Below are positions 1 to 12,838 of a stretch of DNA of 64,000 bases, piece by piece. A model generated the notes under the pieces. That model did not search any database, had not been told where the DNA came from, and saw only the letters and a program-made list of their open reading frames with translations. Origin of the DNA: Geosiphon pyriformis uo1 (taxonomy: Eukaryota; Fungi; Glomeromycota); NCBI GenBank assembly GCA_016748015.1, contig JAAOMT010000571.1, forward strand, positions 1,119,095-1,183,094, written 5' to 3'. A program made the translations under genes and the position numbers. Numbering within the stretch: position 1 is the first letter of the stretch; the number at the start of each line of letters is the position of its first letter.

Positions 1-292
1 AACTTAGAAGTTTGTTTTTTTCAGCTTCTAATACTACTGCTATATATACATAATTAAGATTCCTCAATTCCTCAATTCTTCACAACAGGAATCCTGGAAT
101 TCTTGGAATCCTGCAATTTCTTTGAGAAGAATTCTGGAATTCTGGAATCCTGCAATTCCTCATAAAAATCCTGTAATTTCTGGAATCCTGCAATTCTTGA
201 GAGGAATTCTGGAATTCCACATTTTATTACGTCTACTTCTGATTGGCTAATAACTATACTAATATATATTCTCTATATTTCTATGAGTAACA
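1..292 (-). mobile_element. Family-B Gypsy LTR (copy B3), cut by the window edge and inserted into the gag region of copy B2
   Basis: Reverse complement begins TGTTACTCATAG, as do the LTRs at 35442 and 44620. It has the same CCAAT box and GGAATTGCAGGATTCC tandem array. There is no PPT next to it, so it is a nested insertion rather than B2's own 3' LTR. Confidence 0.85.
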
Positions 293-1895
293 TCATGTTT
301 TGGTTACTATTTTCTCAATTGCTACCTTCTTCTTCCTCGGAGTCAGTTATTTTCCAGGAACTAATGGCTCTGAAATCTAGTTGTAATGGTGGTAATCAAA
401 TTTTTAATGGCATTGAAGATCACAATTTAAATCTCTCAAAGTAATTGCTATATGTTCCTAGTAATTCTGTTTTCTTTTGTTTACTTTGGAATGGGATTTT
501 GTTCAATAGTGTTGTTGTATTTGTGGTGGACATGTCTGTTGATATTATATTAATAGTGCTTCCAGGTGTGTGATGATATGATAGATTGGCAGGAGAATTA
601 AATCTTTGTTTCTTCCAAATGGGTAGTTGGATTTGCTTTGGAGTTCCTGCTGGTGTTTGTAGTCTTTCTTTTCCTTTATCAGCAAACATGATAGAAAATC
701 TTTGTTTGGTGTATTTTTTAATTTCTCTATTTATTTCTGTGATTAGTGGTGCAAATAAATAGTTTTGTGAAAGAATAGTGCTTTAAAGTAGTTCACTAAA
801 GAAATTGTTGAAAGTAAATTCTGGATCTCTTTGGCTTCCTAAATAATATATGATTCTCTTATTGACGTAGTAATTGAAAGCTAATTTTGTTGGCCAACTA
901 TTATTTGTTAATTCAAGATGAGTGTAATAATGTTAGAATAAGGATTTTGCAAATCCTAAATGATTTGTTCTTATTTCTTCAGATTCTGTCACTGTTTGGA
1001 TAAAGTTGTTGGTGCTGGTTCTCTGTAAGATTATACTTTACAGAAAGCACCAAATGTTACAAGTGATTATTTGGAATCTTAAATCAAATAACAAATCCAT
1101 AACTTGGTGCTTGGTTAATATGTTGGTGATGATCTGAAGATATTGTTATCTGAAGGTTTTGGTTGAGTTCTTTGTATAATGAACAGAGATTTAATTGTTG
1201 TTTTTAGTAGCCTCCCAGAATTGCAATTCCATCAAATTTTTTTCTTAGCGTGGTGGCCAGTAATCCTTCTGATAAGCTATCCTCAAATCTATGAGTGTTT
1301 TACTCTTGTTTCATGGGTTTTTTACCAGTCCCTATAATGTTTGTATCTCAGCACTTAATCTTTTTAATCAATTAGTAAATAACAAAGAAAAATAAAATAA
1401 AATAGAAGAAATAAAAAATAAAAAATAAGCCAAAGCAATAATGGTTAGTATTCTGTCAATAGCCATGATCAAGAGCTATTGTTCCAGTGGGGTTAAGTAT
1501 CAATTACTATCAACATGAAGTGCTGATAGAAGAGTAGATTGGAGATAAAAAATAATTATTTATTAATATTTGTGAGTTTGAAAGGTTGCTTAGATTAAAT
1601 CTAAACTAAGAGGTCTGCCTTTTTTACTTCTAATTCTACTACTATATATACATAATTGAGATTCCTCAATTCTTCAATTCTTTACACCAGAAATCCTAGA
1701 ATTTCTGGAATCTTGCAATTCTTTTGAGAGGAATTCTGAAATTCTGAAATCCTGCAATTCCTTGTATGAGAATTCTGAAATTTCTGGAATCTTACAATTC
1801 CTCTAAAAAGAATCCTGGAATTCCACATTTTATTATGGTTATTTCTGATTGGTTAGTTTATGCTAATATATTCTTTCTATATTCTATGAATAACA
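293..1895 (-). mobile_element. Family-B Gypsy element B2: 5' LTR (1055-1895), PBS (1036-1052) and start of gag
   Basis: The LTR aligns by eye to 35442-36235 and ends GTAACA, followed by TT-TGGTGCTTTCTGTAAAG. The downstream frame from GTG at 992 (including ORF 420-689, KGKERLQTP...NLSYHHTPGS) is homologous to ORF 36298-36792. Confidence 0.85.
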
Positions 1896-4800
1896 GCATG
1901 CTTTGCAAAAATAGCAGGTGTGGGTTTTATATTCTTCTTCTAAGGAGATACAGGCTCCCATAGATAAAAGCTTCTTTTTGCAATCTTTGTATTTTAGTAA
2001 AATGTATGGTGGTTTTTTTCGTGGTTCTGATGTGGAATACTGAACCTTTTTCTATCTTCTGGTTTCTTCAAAAATTTCTTGTTTTGTTTTCTTAGCCCAA
2101 TTGGATATTGATCTAAGAGTTATGTAGGTCTCAGTAAGTGGCTTTTTTTTTTCTTCTCAAATTTAAATACTGGGGCTTTTTCTGATTATTTGTTGAAAGT
2201 ACCACAAATAGCAGATATTATGGTGTATTGTCCTTGGTATGAGATTTTTAGTTTTTGAGTTTCCCAGTCTAAGTTTGCATTGGCCTTAAGAAGCCAATTA
2301 TTTCCAATAAGAGCTTAGTATTGGGATGCATCTATGATTAGAACTTTGACTAGAATGGTAATTCCATCAATGGTGAATGGGAAGTTGCCAATTTCTCCTA
2401 CTGGTGTCTTTTTTATATTATCTGCTGTAACAATTACTGTTTGGACTGGTCTGTTGGCATTTTGATTGAGTTGTTGTATTAATTGGTAGGTGATGATACT
2501 TCCAATGAATTTATTGTCTAGAATTAATTGGATGGGCTTTCCTTCTACTGTAGCTTCAGTGTACATGACAGTAATAGTTTTTTGCTCATTGACTGCTGCA
2601 TTGCTAAACAAAAATGGTGATTTATTTGCTTCAAATTCGAATGGAAATATATCTAAAAGGTTGGCATTTTGGACAATTTGGGCTGGTAGAATAGTATTGT
2701 TAAAAGGGTTTAATCTTGGTGCTGCAACTTCACCTTCAGAAAGTGCAGTTTGTTGAAAATCTGATCTTTCAGGCATTGTAAGATAACTGGATTGAGTGTA
2801 ATAGTGATTAGGTCTTTGCTGACCAGAATTTCGGGAAACCAACTGGTTATTTGGGTTGATTCTGTTGTTGTTATTCTGAAATTAATTTTGAGGTGTGAAT
2901 TGGTTTTGTTGAACCAATTTTCTGGCTGGTACTTGATATTGTTGAGTGGATGGTATCTGATATTGTTGAATTGGTAAAGATTGCTAATATTGTTGCTGCA
3001 TTGGTTGTAGAACTTGTTGATAATAACTGTTTTAATTTTGTGGTCTTGGTGGATAATAAGTTGGTGGTAGAGGTTGGTAGTAAGATTGTTATGATAAAGA
3101 GTAACGTTGATTATGCCTGTTTTGTTGGTTTCTTTGTAATTTCCTACAATCTTGTTTCCAGTGTCTTAAAATCTCATAATAATGACAATTTTGAGGTTGG
3201 TTGTTGGATAGTAATCCAAAGTTGTTTTGGTTGCATCATTGTAAGGGTTAATATCTTTGTGGTTGCTACTGCTGTTGTTGGTTTGTAAAGTAGTTTTCAA
3301 CCTTTTTTGTGAGTTGGTCTATCTTCTCTTCAGCTGCTGAGCTGGTTTTTCCAATAGCTAGATTTACAAATTTGGTGTGGTTTGCTTTTTCTATTGCCAT
3401 TTTATAGTTTTTTACATGTCTAATGACAATTGCTAAGTCTGTTGGTACATGTGGATGGACTTTTTTAATTAATTTGTTTTTTAATTCTGCTATAAACTGA
3501 TCCAGAATCTGAGCATTGGAATAGTATTCATTGGTTTCTAATTGTTGAATTTGTCAAAAAAGTTTGTTGAATCTTCCAAAATAAGTTATAATAGTCTCAG
3601 ATGTTTCTTGTTTAATATTGCAAAAGTGGTTTCAGAGAGTAATAGAGATGTTGTTGTCAGTGAATTATTATAGAAAAGCATTTTTAAATGCTTGCCAGTT
3701 TTCAAAAAATTCTTCTAAGTTTTCAAACTATTCTTTTACTGTTCTTTGGAGAAAGTATAAGATTGCTTTAAGCATTCTTACTACATTCCATCCATTTACA
3801 TTTCCTGCTTTTTGAACTTTGTCAAGCCATTCTTGTGGACTAGTATTATTGTCTTCACCAGTAAATTCTGAAATCTTTGCAATGTAAGCAGTTGCCATTT
3901 TTTCTTTATTTTCTGTGGTTCCTTCTTGTTCTGATTCAGTTTCTTCACTTTCCAAGTTTTCTGAATGATTACTTTTGTTTTTTTGTAAGTAATCAATAAT
4001 ATTAGTGCTTGTTGATATGAGTTCTTGTTGTTGAGTAAGACTTTTAGGTGACTGGAAATCTTTTAGTCTTGAGAAATAGATAAGTGGTGAATTTGATGTT
4101 TGTGGTTGAGCAAATAAAATTGGAAATGGTGTAATAGAAAGTGGTAATTTGACACTGGTTCCTTGTTTAGGTGTTTACAAGTGTTTGGCAGTTGTTTTAG
4201 GTAGTATTGGAGTGTTTGGAGTGGTTTTTGAGTGTTGTTTCACTTTTTGTTTACTTTTGTTGCTTGTTTCTGTTTTTGATTCAAAGTCAAGAGAATATTT
4301 GGACTGTACTGAATATTTTTTTTCACAATACTCAATAATGTTAAAATTAAGTTCTTGGAAGTAGATAGCAAGTGTTTTATTGTTCAGGTTTTCTGTTTTC
4401 AATTGTGAATAGTACACTAAATTATTGTAGAAGTTGTTTCTGACTTCTGAAATGTTGTAGTTTCCAAAAAGATAGTTGTTAATATGGTTTTCAATGTATT
4501 GGTATACTGATTTCTTGACAACTTTAATTCCGTCTGGGATGTTGAATCTTTGCTTGTAGTGAGTGTAAATTAACTGATAATACTCTAGAGTTATTGTGTC
4601 TGGTATGGTCATCACTTTGAATTTGTTGTTGTTGTGTTATTCTATAAGAGAGCACCAAATATTACTGGAAGTTTTTGGTCTTTTTTCTTGAATGTTATTA
4701 ATGTTGATTTGCTGTGAATTCACATTCTCAGGAAGTAGTTGAACCTCCAGCAACTGAATTTATCTTCAAATTATCTTTTATAATTTGAACTGCTGGGCTT

Positions 4801-5626
4801 ATAAGTGAAATAGCCAATTTCATGCCAGTTACTTTGTGTAGTTATGTTGTAGTAAACATCAACTCTTTCTCAGGAATTGCTCATCTGGAAGCTTACTAAA
4901 AATGTGTAATTACTTTGCTATAAAAGTTAACTCTTTTACAGAAATCTTGTCTGTAGGCTACTCCAATAATTATGATAAAAAAAGTGAAAGAAAATAAAAG
5001 AAATGTAAAAAAAATAGAATTGTGTTAAGGAAAACGTTTTCTATTCAGGCCTGGAGTTACTAACAGATTATTAAAATTGGTAGCTAATTAATTTCAAAAT
5101 GTTAGTTGTGTTAAGAGAATTTCAAATGCAATAATCAAAGGATTTGGTTTTTGAATATTTAATTTTTTATTTGAATGTGTAAAAGGTGATTTATTCTAAT
5201 TAAGATATTTAAAGTGAGATACTATGTTAAGATACTATGAGAAGATACATTTTCTTGAAGAAAGAAGCTCTTTTTTTATACAATTTTTATAGTACTAGTC
5301 TTTGAACTTTTTCTTTTTACTACAATTTGGGTAAACTAAAGATACATTTCAGCAAACTACAAGTTATTTTACTGAACTATTGATTATTTCGGCCAATTTT
5401 CATTAATTTCGGCAAATTTTGACTATGTTAAATGGTTCAGAGTATTGTGTAATTTGATCATCTTAATTTCTAAAATACAAATTAGATTATTGATTAAGTA
5501 ATGATATTTGATAATTTGATTAAATAATAAGTGATAATTGAAATAAATAATAATGTATGCTAATTAATAATAGGAATTATGAGGGTAATTTTATGCTAAT
5601 TAATAGCTAAAATTCTGTTGGTAACA
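1896..5626 (-). mobile_element. Family-A Gypsy element A2: 5' LTR 4660-5626, PBS, gag and protease; interrupted by B2 at 1895
   Basis: The LTR is homologous to 20069-21049 and followed by PBS TGGTGCTC. ORFs 4175-4615, 3728-3955 and 2315-2842 match element A gag and protease. The sequence breaks off in the Cys-rich domain (CYFCKAC) at the B2 LTR. Confidence 0.88.
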
Positions 5627-6725
5627 CTATAGACAAAAACTTGTTATATGAAAGACAATTAGAACTCTATGATCACCTTAGTGAAATTATAGAGAACATG
5701 AAACTAATGAAAAAAACAACTTCAGAAATACAGGCAGAAATTTTGAACATTAAACAATTAGATGTCATAAGAGTTTTAACTATTGATAAAAGAGCCAAAA
5801 CTTTAATACAAAGATTTGGTTTCTTGAATACAAAACTCATTTCGTCTCAAATATTATATATCTTATCTACAAAAAACTTCAACAAACTAATTAGATTATC
5901 CCATAAATAGCTTGATTTTACTAGAGCTCAATCTTTTTGAAAAAGACAATATTATAATTAAAACTTATACTTTTTATTAGTTATTACATGTATTAATTAC
6001 TGATATTATATAATTAGCTACCTTATTTTTAGATAGTAATCAATAATTTGACTATTGACTTGATCATTAACTTGATTATTGATCTAATTAATGACCTAAT
6101 CATTGACTTGATTATTGATTTAATCAATGATCTGATCATTGACTTGATTATTGACCTGATTATTAATCTAATCATTGATCTAATTATTGACTACTTTTAA
6201 TAGCTATATAAGTAATAAATCTTTTAGCTATAAAATAGCATGTCAGAAATCAAAAAAATTAAATAAATAAAATAACAACTTTTATCTCAATCTTTTTTTT
6301 ATCACTAATTTCTCTTTCCTTACTTTTAAGTATCTGAATATTTTAAAATAAAAGATTACTTGTTGGTTATTTCTTATCTTTTTCCTAAAACATATAATTG
6401 TAATATTTGAAGATTATTGAATAAAATATGACTGAAGAGTACATCTAATATTTGATATTAAATTTTAAAAGCACTAACATGAAACATAGAATTATATCAG
6501 TGTGTAATTATTTGTTAACAGTATGAACTATCTTTTTATCTTCAAATTCTCTGGTTATTTTTTGAAAAGTATAATAACTGAGATATTTTATAAGATTAAT
6601 TTTACACATTAAATTTATACTTATTCAATTTGCTCTTTAAAGTTGAATTCCTTTTGATTTCTTTTATTACTCTACAATTTTGTTCTTTCTTGCTATTTAT
6701 TAGCTTGTTACTCCAACTTGTAACA
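5627..6725 (+). mobile_element. 3' end of a third Gypsy family (C): ORF3 remnant 5641-5940, decayed PPT, 3' LTR 5950-6725
   Basis: ORF 5641-5910 continues in frame through a TAG to LDFTRAQSF*, the same C-terminal motif as ORF3 of A and B. A purine run follows. The termini TATTATAA (5950) and TTGTAACA (6718-6725) form a transition-decayed inverted repeat. Confidence 0.6.
6048..6192. repeat. Tandem array of ~12-bp units (TGATCATTGACT/TGATTATTGACC) within LTR C
   Basis: Directly visible periodic repeat of about 12 degenerate units. Confidence 0.8.
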
Positions 6726-7690
6726 ATAATATAATACTAAAAACTTTTAAGTAATATTAATAGTTTTTATTCAAAATTTCTAAAAATATTATAAAAATAG
6801 CTCTTAATTATATTTATTAATTAAATATTAATTTTTTATTTTTTATTTTATTTTATTTTGTTATTTGTTTATTAATTAATTAATTAAAAACATTAAAATT
6901 ACCACATTAAAAATTGTTTAATAAAAAATATAGAAATAAGTATATAATTAATGTATTAAATTGTTTACTCTAAAGACAAAAAACACTAAAATAAATTAGT
7001 TATTATATTAAAAAATTAAATATTAAGTAATATTTATTATTATTAATAAATTTTTGTTTATTATATAAAAAATTAAATTAATTTAAAATTTTCAAATATT
7101 AAATTTATTAAATTTATATTATTAATTAAAAATATTAACTTATAAACTAATACATTAATTAATTATCTATAATATTATTAATTATTAAAAAATTAATATT
7201 TAAAATAAAAAACTTTTTTATAAATATATTTATTTTAATTTTTTTAAAAAAAAAGTATTAAAATTATTATTATTATTTTTAAAATTAATTTTGTCTAGAA
7301 ACTTCACAATTACTATATAAATTTTAATTTTAAGTGGTTTTAAAATAATATTTATATTATTTATTTCTATTTTGCTATTATTCTTTAGATTAAAACCAGT
7401 TTTTTTATTAAATAATAATTATTTATGTTTATATTTCTATTTTTATTATATTATTAATATTAATATTACTTAGATTATTAACTAAAATAATTATTAAGCA
7501 AAAAAAACCAGTACTATTATTATTAAGCTTTAAAAAAAAACTTTTTTTTATATTTTTTATATAAAAAAATTTATTACACAATTTTTTAATACTTTTATTA
7601 AAATTTATAGTCGTATTAAGTTTGGTAATAATCTTGTATTTAAATAAAAAAGAATATAAAAAAATTAATTTAAATATTAAAAACTATAAC
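6726..7690 (+). mobile_element. Hypermutated AT-rich ghost, probably a family-B-like LTR plus gag start
   Basis: AATAGCTCTTAATTATATTTATTAA (~6797) matches B-LTR AATAGCTCTTGATCACGGCTATTGA mostly by C>T/G>A changes. It is followed by the same T-rich tract and TAATTAATTAAAA (LTR: TAATTGATTAAAA). Confidence 0.4.
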
Positions 7691-10600
7691 AAAATTTTTT
7701 TTTATTTACACATTTTAATAAGTAAAGCCCAATCACTATTTAGTATATAGAGTCAAATTAAGTAATCCAAACTAAATGTAACTCACACATTTACTATATA
7801 TGACTAGCCACTTAGGTCAAACAAAGCAATATTACACACCTATCCTAACTTGTACATCTTCATCCAGATTTGAAAATAAATGACACAGCTTATGATGGCC
7901 AAAGCAAACAGTAAAAGACTTAACAATACTAAGCATCCTAATCATTTTATCAGACAATACTGAAGACACATTACAAAAAATTCAGAAATCACACCACTAT
8001 TATGAACCAAACCAATCTTGTCTATTCTTATCATGTATTCAAATCTTACTAATCACATCTTAGCATAATGCAATTTTACAACAAACCTTACATAATCAAC
8101 AATCCTAATAGCAGTCTCTTTTCTATTTTCAAAAATACCAAAAGCCTCTTCATACCACTTTTTTAATACAAACCTCTTATACACTACAGCATACAAGCCA
8201 ACATCCAAGAAACATTAAAAGAAGACCTATAGCACAGCAGAAGAAAACAAACAACAAACATTAGCCATTACAGTCTATTATGTAGAAGCTTTAACCAAAA
8301 TTTTATCACAAACAACAACATCCTAAGCACAAGTGAAAGCATAATCTGAAAACTCAACTTTGCTATACAACAAACACAACACATCAGAGTAACTTTTATT
8401 ATACAATTTTTTTCTAACCACCACCAATAGACACTTATACATGGCTTTTATCAAATATGTGCACAAGTTGGAAAATCTTTGGTTAGTAAACTCAGTGAGC
8501 ATGTGAGAATTGAGATGCCACATCTTTGCAATAAAAACCCAGTCTACATACTTGATTAACATATCTAGAATTATACTGCAGTCAGGACTGGCTTCCCAAC
8601 AAGCACAACAGATAGACCAAAATATATTCCTAACAAAATAATGAACACAGTCAGACACAACCATATTATCAGCCATCAAAAAATGCTCTCGTACACCAGT
8701 CAACAAGGAAAAAAGAGATTGTGCAGCCCTCCCAGCCATAAAATCAGTCTTTATATTACCAGTGACTCCAGAATGGCCCTTAATTTTGACCCAATTCACA
8801 TTAAAATTTTTATTCCTAATTAAATTGAAAATATGCCATTTCTCAATTCAATACTGGTTATAAAAATCAGACACAGTAGATAACAATTCTAATATATACG
8901 TATTGATAGTAGCTTGGCTGTCAAAATGCAATACCACTATGTTAGAAGATAGAACACACTCTAATAACAATGCAACAGCCTGCAACTCAGCCAATATAGA
9001 AGACAAAAGACCATGAACAGCAACACCAACACTCATATTTAAAATCAAAAAGTACACAGCCATATTACTAGCAACATCTGCAAAGTTAGCACCTCTCAAT
9101 AAACCATCTGTGTATATATTAAAAAAATCTGCTCAAATCTCATACAAACCATCTTTCACAGCAGACAGCTTGCTAAACTCCAAAATATTTAAACCATGTG
9201 ACTGAGCAAAGTTAGCACCACTAAGTAAAAACAAAACCTGACCCAGCAAAAACTTATATGTAACTTTAAACCAATGAAGAACAGGATCCTATGGATTCAG
9301 TCTCTTCCAACAATAAAAAGTCTTCCAATTTAACACACTGCTCTTTTTATCAAAAAGCTGATTACCAAAACCAACTCCAAAGTATTTCAGAGAACAAACA
9401 AAATTAAAATACAATGTTTTTCTAAGAATTAGTGATATTGAAAATTGACCAAAACTATGAAACACATTGGATAGATTGTTTGCTAAAGAAAGCTCACTGC
9501 TTAAAAAAATTTTCACCATTCCAGCCAAAAAATTGTTCACTGAACTAACACATAACTTAACAGAAAATTGCAGAGAATCCAAAGAAGCCCACTCTAAAAT
9601 CTGTAAGTCCAAAGAATCTATGATTAAATAAACATCCAAGAATGTTTGAGGCATTAAAAAAGAACACCAGAGAAGCCATCTTTTCTTCAGATTGTGTCTG
9701 CTCAAAGGATTTCAAACCATACAAAGAGGGATGGTAGAGAGCTGCATCAAGAAAATTATGGGGTAGACACATCTTAAGTTTAAAATCTTTTCTAATCATG
9801 GCATTCTATTTGTGACACACATTAGTTGAAACAAAACTGAACTAAGTCCAGTAGTTAATTATAGACTGTAAGACAGCTAATACTAAATATGAGAATTGTT
9901 TATCTATAATAGCCTTCTTAAGAACAATATTAACAAAGAACCAAACATCAGAGTGAGCCTTGGAAACACTTGGCTTGAATAATCTTTTGGTAGACAAAAA
10001 AATCCCCAAATACCAATGTGCTTTGTCTTTTTTGGCAATTAAAATTGGCTGACCATTAATATTTAAAGAAGCCATTCTAATTTCTTGATTAATGGGAATA
10101 GTCACTGTCTTTTCATTGTTAATAGAAATATTATTGATATCAAAGAATTTACTGGCAATGTTCAAAGCATATTGAATAGCAGCTTAACAGTTCCTGACCC
10201 AAATTATGTTATCAACAAATATACCAGCAGCAAAATAGAAAGTTATCCTACTACTACTCTTAATTTTGCCCATTTTTAAAACAAACTTAGTATCAATTTG
10301 GTACTCACACAACTGTTTATGTCTCTTAACTTTACACAAAAGCAAATTATAAAATATTTTCCAAAAAAAAGGCAAAAAGACTTCACCTTGATCCAAACCA
10401 TTATGAACTCTATAGCTTTTCAATAGACTGAAATCAGTCATCACTCTGTTAATCTTATCTCTATATATACTGCCAAAAAACTTTATGAATCTGTCACACA
10501 TCTTGATTCAATGTAGACTAGCTTTCAAGTGAAACCACTCAACAAAATTGTATATTTTATGCATATCTTGCAAGACCAACCAAAGTTCTCTATTTTTCTC

Positions 10601-11178
10601 AAGAACATTTTTAATTACTGACTTAACAGCAAACACAAAAGACTGTGTAGATGTGTTCTTCAATACTGAAAAGTTGTTACCATGGAGAACACTAAACTTA
10701 CTACATGCAAATAAAATATAATCAGATAGAACTTTAGAAAAAATTTTCCTAGCAGTTTTAATCAAAGCTATAGAATGAGTGTTTATAAAAACCCCATCTC
10801 AGTCATAAGGTTTAGAAATTATTGAAACCTATGCCCTCTTTTACAAAGCAGGAACACTACCAATAGCCAAACAAGCATTCAATAATATCAAAAGCCATCT
10901 TAAAACTTCATTACTACTGTGTTTTCACAATTCATTAGAAATGCCAAACAGTTCAACAGCCTTGTTTTTAGGTAGACTATTGACAACCAAAAGCAAATCA
11001 CTTATACTAATAGGGCACATCACACTAGAAAAAACATTATCCTTCACATAATTCAACAGTATATATTGTTGAGCCCAAAGATTTGGCAACACCAAAGGCA
11101 CTCTTTATTTTCTTGTCTAATTTTTCATAATCCTATCAACACTGTGCTTCACCTCAGTCAGCTCTAATACCAACTTGT

Positions 11179-12150
11179 TGTTACCAGAGGTTTTTGGTCT
11201 CTTTTCTTGAATGTTGTTAATGTCTGTTTGTTGTGAATTCACATTTCCAGGAAGTAGTTGGACCTCCAGTAACTGAATTTATCTTCAAATTATCTCCTAT
11301 AATTTGAACTTGCTGGGCTTATGAGTGGAATGGCCAATTCTGTGCCAGTTGCTTTATGTAGTTACGTTGTAGTAAACATCAACTCTTTTCCAGGAATTGC
11401 TCATCTGGAAGCTCACTAAAAATGTGTAGTTACTTTGCTGTGAAAGTCAACTCTTCTACAGAAATCTCGTCTGTAGGCTACCCTAATGATTGTAATAAGA
11501 AAATAAAATAAAAATAAAAAAAATGTAAAAAAAATAGGATTTTATCAAGAGAAACGTTTTTCTATCCAGGCCTGGAGTTACTAACAGTTTACTGAAATTA
11601 GTAGCTAATTAATTTCAAAATATTAGTTGGGTTTTGAGGATTTTCCAAGTGCAATAATTAAAGAATTTGGTTTTTTGAATTATTTGATATTTATTTCTTT
11701 TTGTGTGTGTAAGAATGGTTTTAAGTAAAGTAAGATACATTTTCTTAAAGAGAAATGCTCTTCTTTTATACAACTTGTTGTAACACTATTCTATAAACTT
11801 GAACTTTGCTATTTTCTACAATTTCGCTGAACTAAAGATACATTTCGGCAAACTACAAGTTATTTCTACAAACTATTAGATATTTCGGTAAACTATCAAT
11901 TATTTCGGCAAATTTCTACAAATTTTGGCAAACTTTTGAATGTTACATAGTTCGGGGTATTGCATGATTGATCATTGCAATTAGATTACATTTGTGTTGT
12001 ATACAAATTGGGTTATTAATTTAAATGATAATTTCAGACATTTTGCTAATGTAATAAGTGATAATTTGAAATGATAATATATGCTAATTAATAATAGGAT
12101 TTATAAGATAATTTTATGCTAAATAATATCTCTAATTTTGTCTGGTAACA
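11179..12150 (-). repeat. Element A 3' LTR (972 bp)
   Basis: Direct repeat of 20069-21049, preceded on the minus strand by the PPT. Confidence 0.95.
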
Positions 12151-12161
12151 TAACCTCCTCC

Positions 12162-12838
12162 TCAAGACTGAGTTCCGTTGAAGTCCAAGTACTGTCTGTA
12201 ATTTCCAGATAGTAATTCAAAATTATTGAAGAAATTTGATCTGAAAATTGTTGAAATTTCAGTTCTGTGAGCTTTCCAATATATTGAATCTTCAAAGGTC
12301 ATAAAATTGGGTTTTGTAGGACATTTTCACAGGTGTGGAATAGATCATAAAGTCTAAGAGCAGCTCTGAGCTTGTAGCGACTGTTTGTTGGTCCAGCTGT
12401 TGTCTTGAATTCATTGTGGAGTTGTTTCTAAATAGCTTCTTTTGTGAGGTTTGCTGTTGTAAGTTCCAGTTTCTATTCATAGAGTGTTTTTTCAATGTGG
12501 AAATATCTATAGATTGGAGAATATTCAGTGTTTTCCTCATTGAGACACAGTTGAAATTTTTGTTGAATTGTAGCATTTGGTGGAATACTAATCGGAATGA
12601 GCATTAAGTTTTCTCTTAAAGCAAGCTTTAAAAGTTCTGGCAGGTAAATTCCAGAATAACTTCTTGTGTTCTTCTTATATGGGTGATATTTTCATGAATT
12701 TGGGGCTAAATTTGTAACTACTTCTGTTTGGGTATAATTAATGTGGTTTTCAGTAACAGTAATGGATAATTCGGGTATTGTTTTTAAAGCTAACATTAGT
12801 TTTTGGGATAATTGTTGAATGTTTTGAGGAATAGTCAT
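12162..12838 (-). pseudogene. Element A extra 3' ORF (ORF3), unknown function
   Basis: My translation from ATG 12838: MTIPQNIQQLSQKLMLALK...YRYFHI...AALRLYDLF...YIGKLTELKFQQF. It has four internal TGA/TAG stops and ends LDFNGTQS* after a frameshift. Homologous to B ORF3. Confidence 0.72.
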
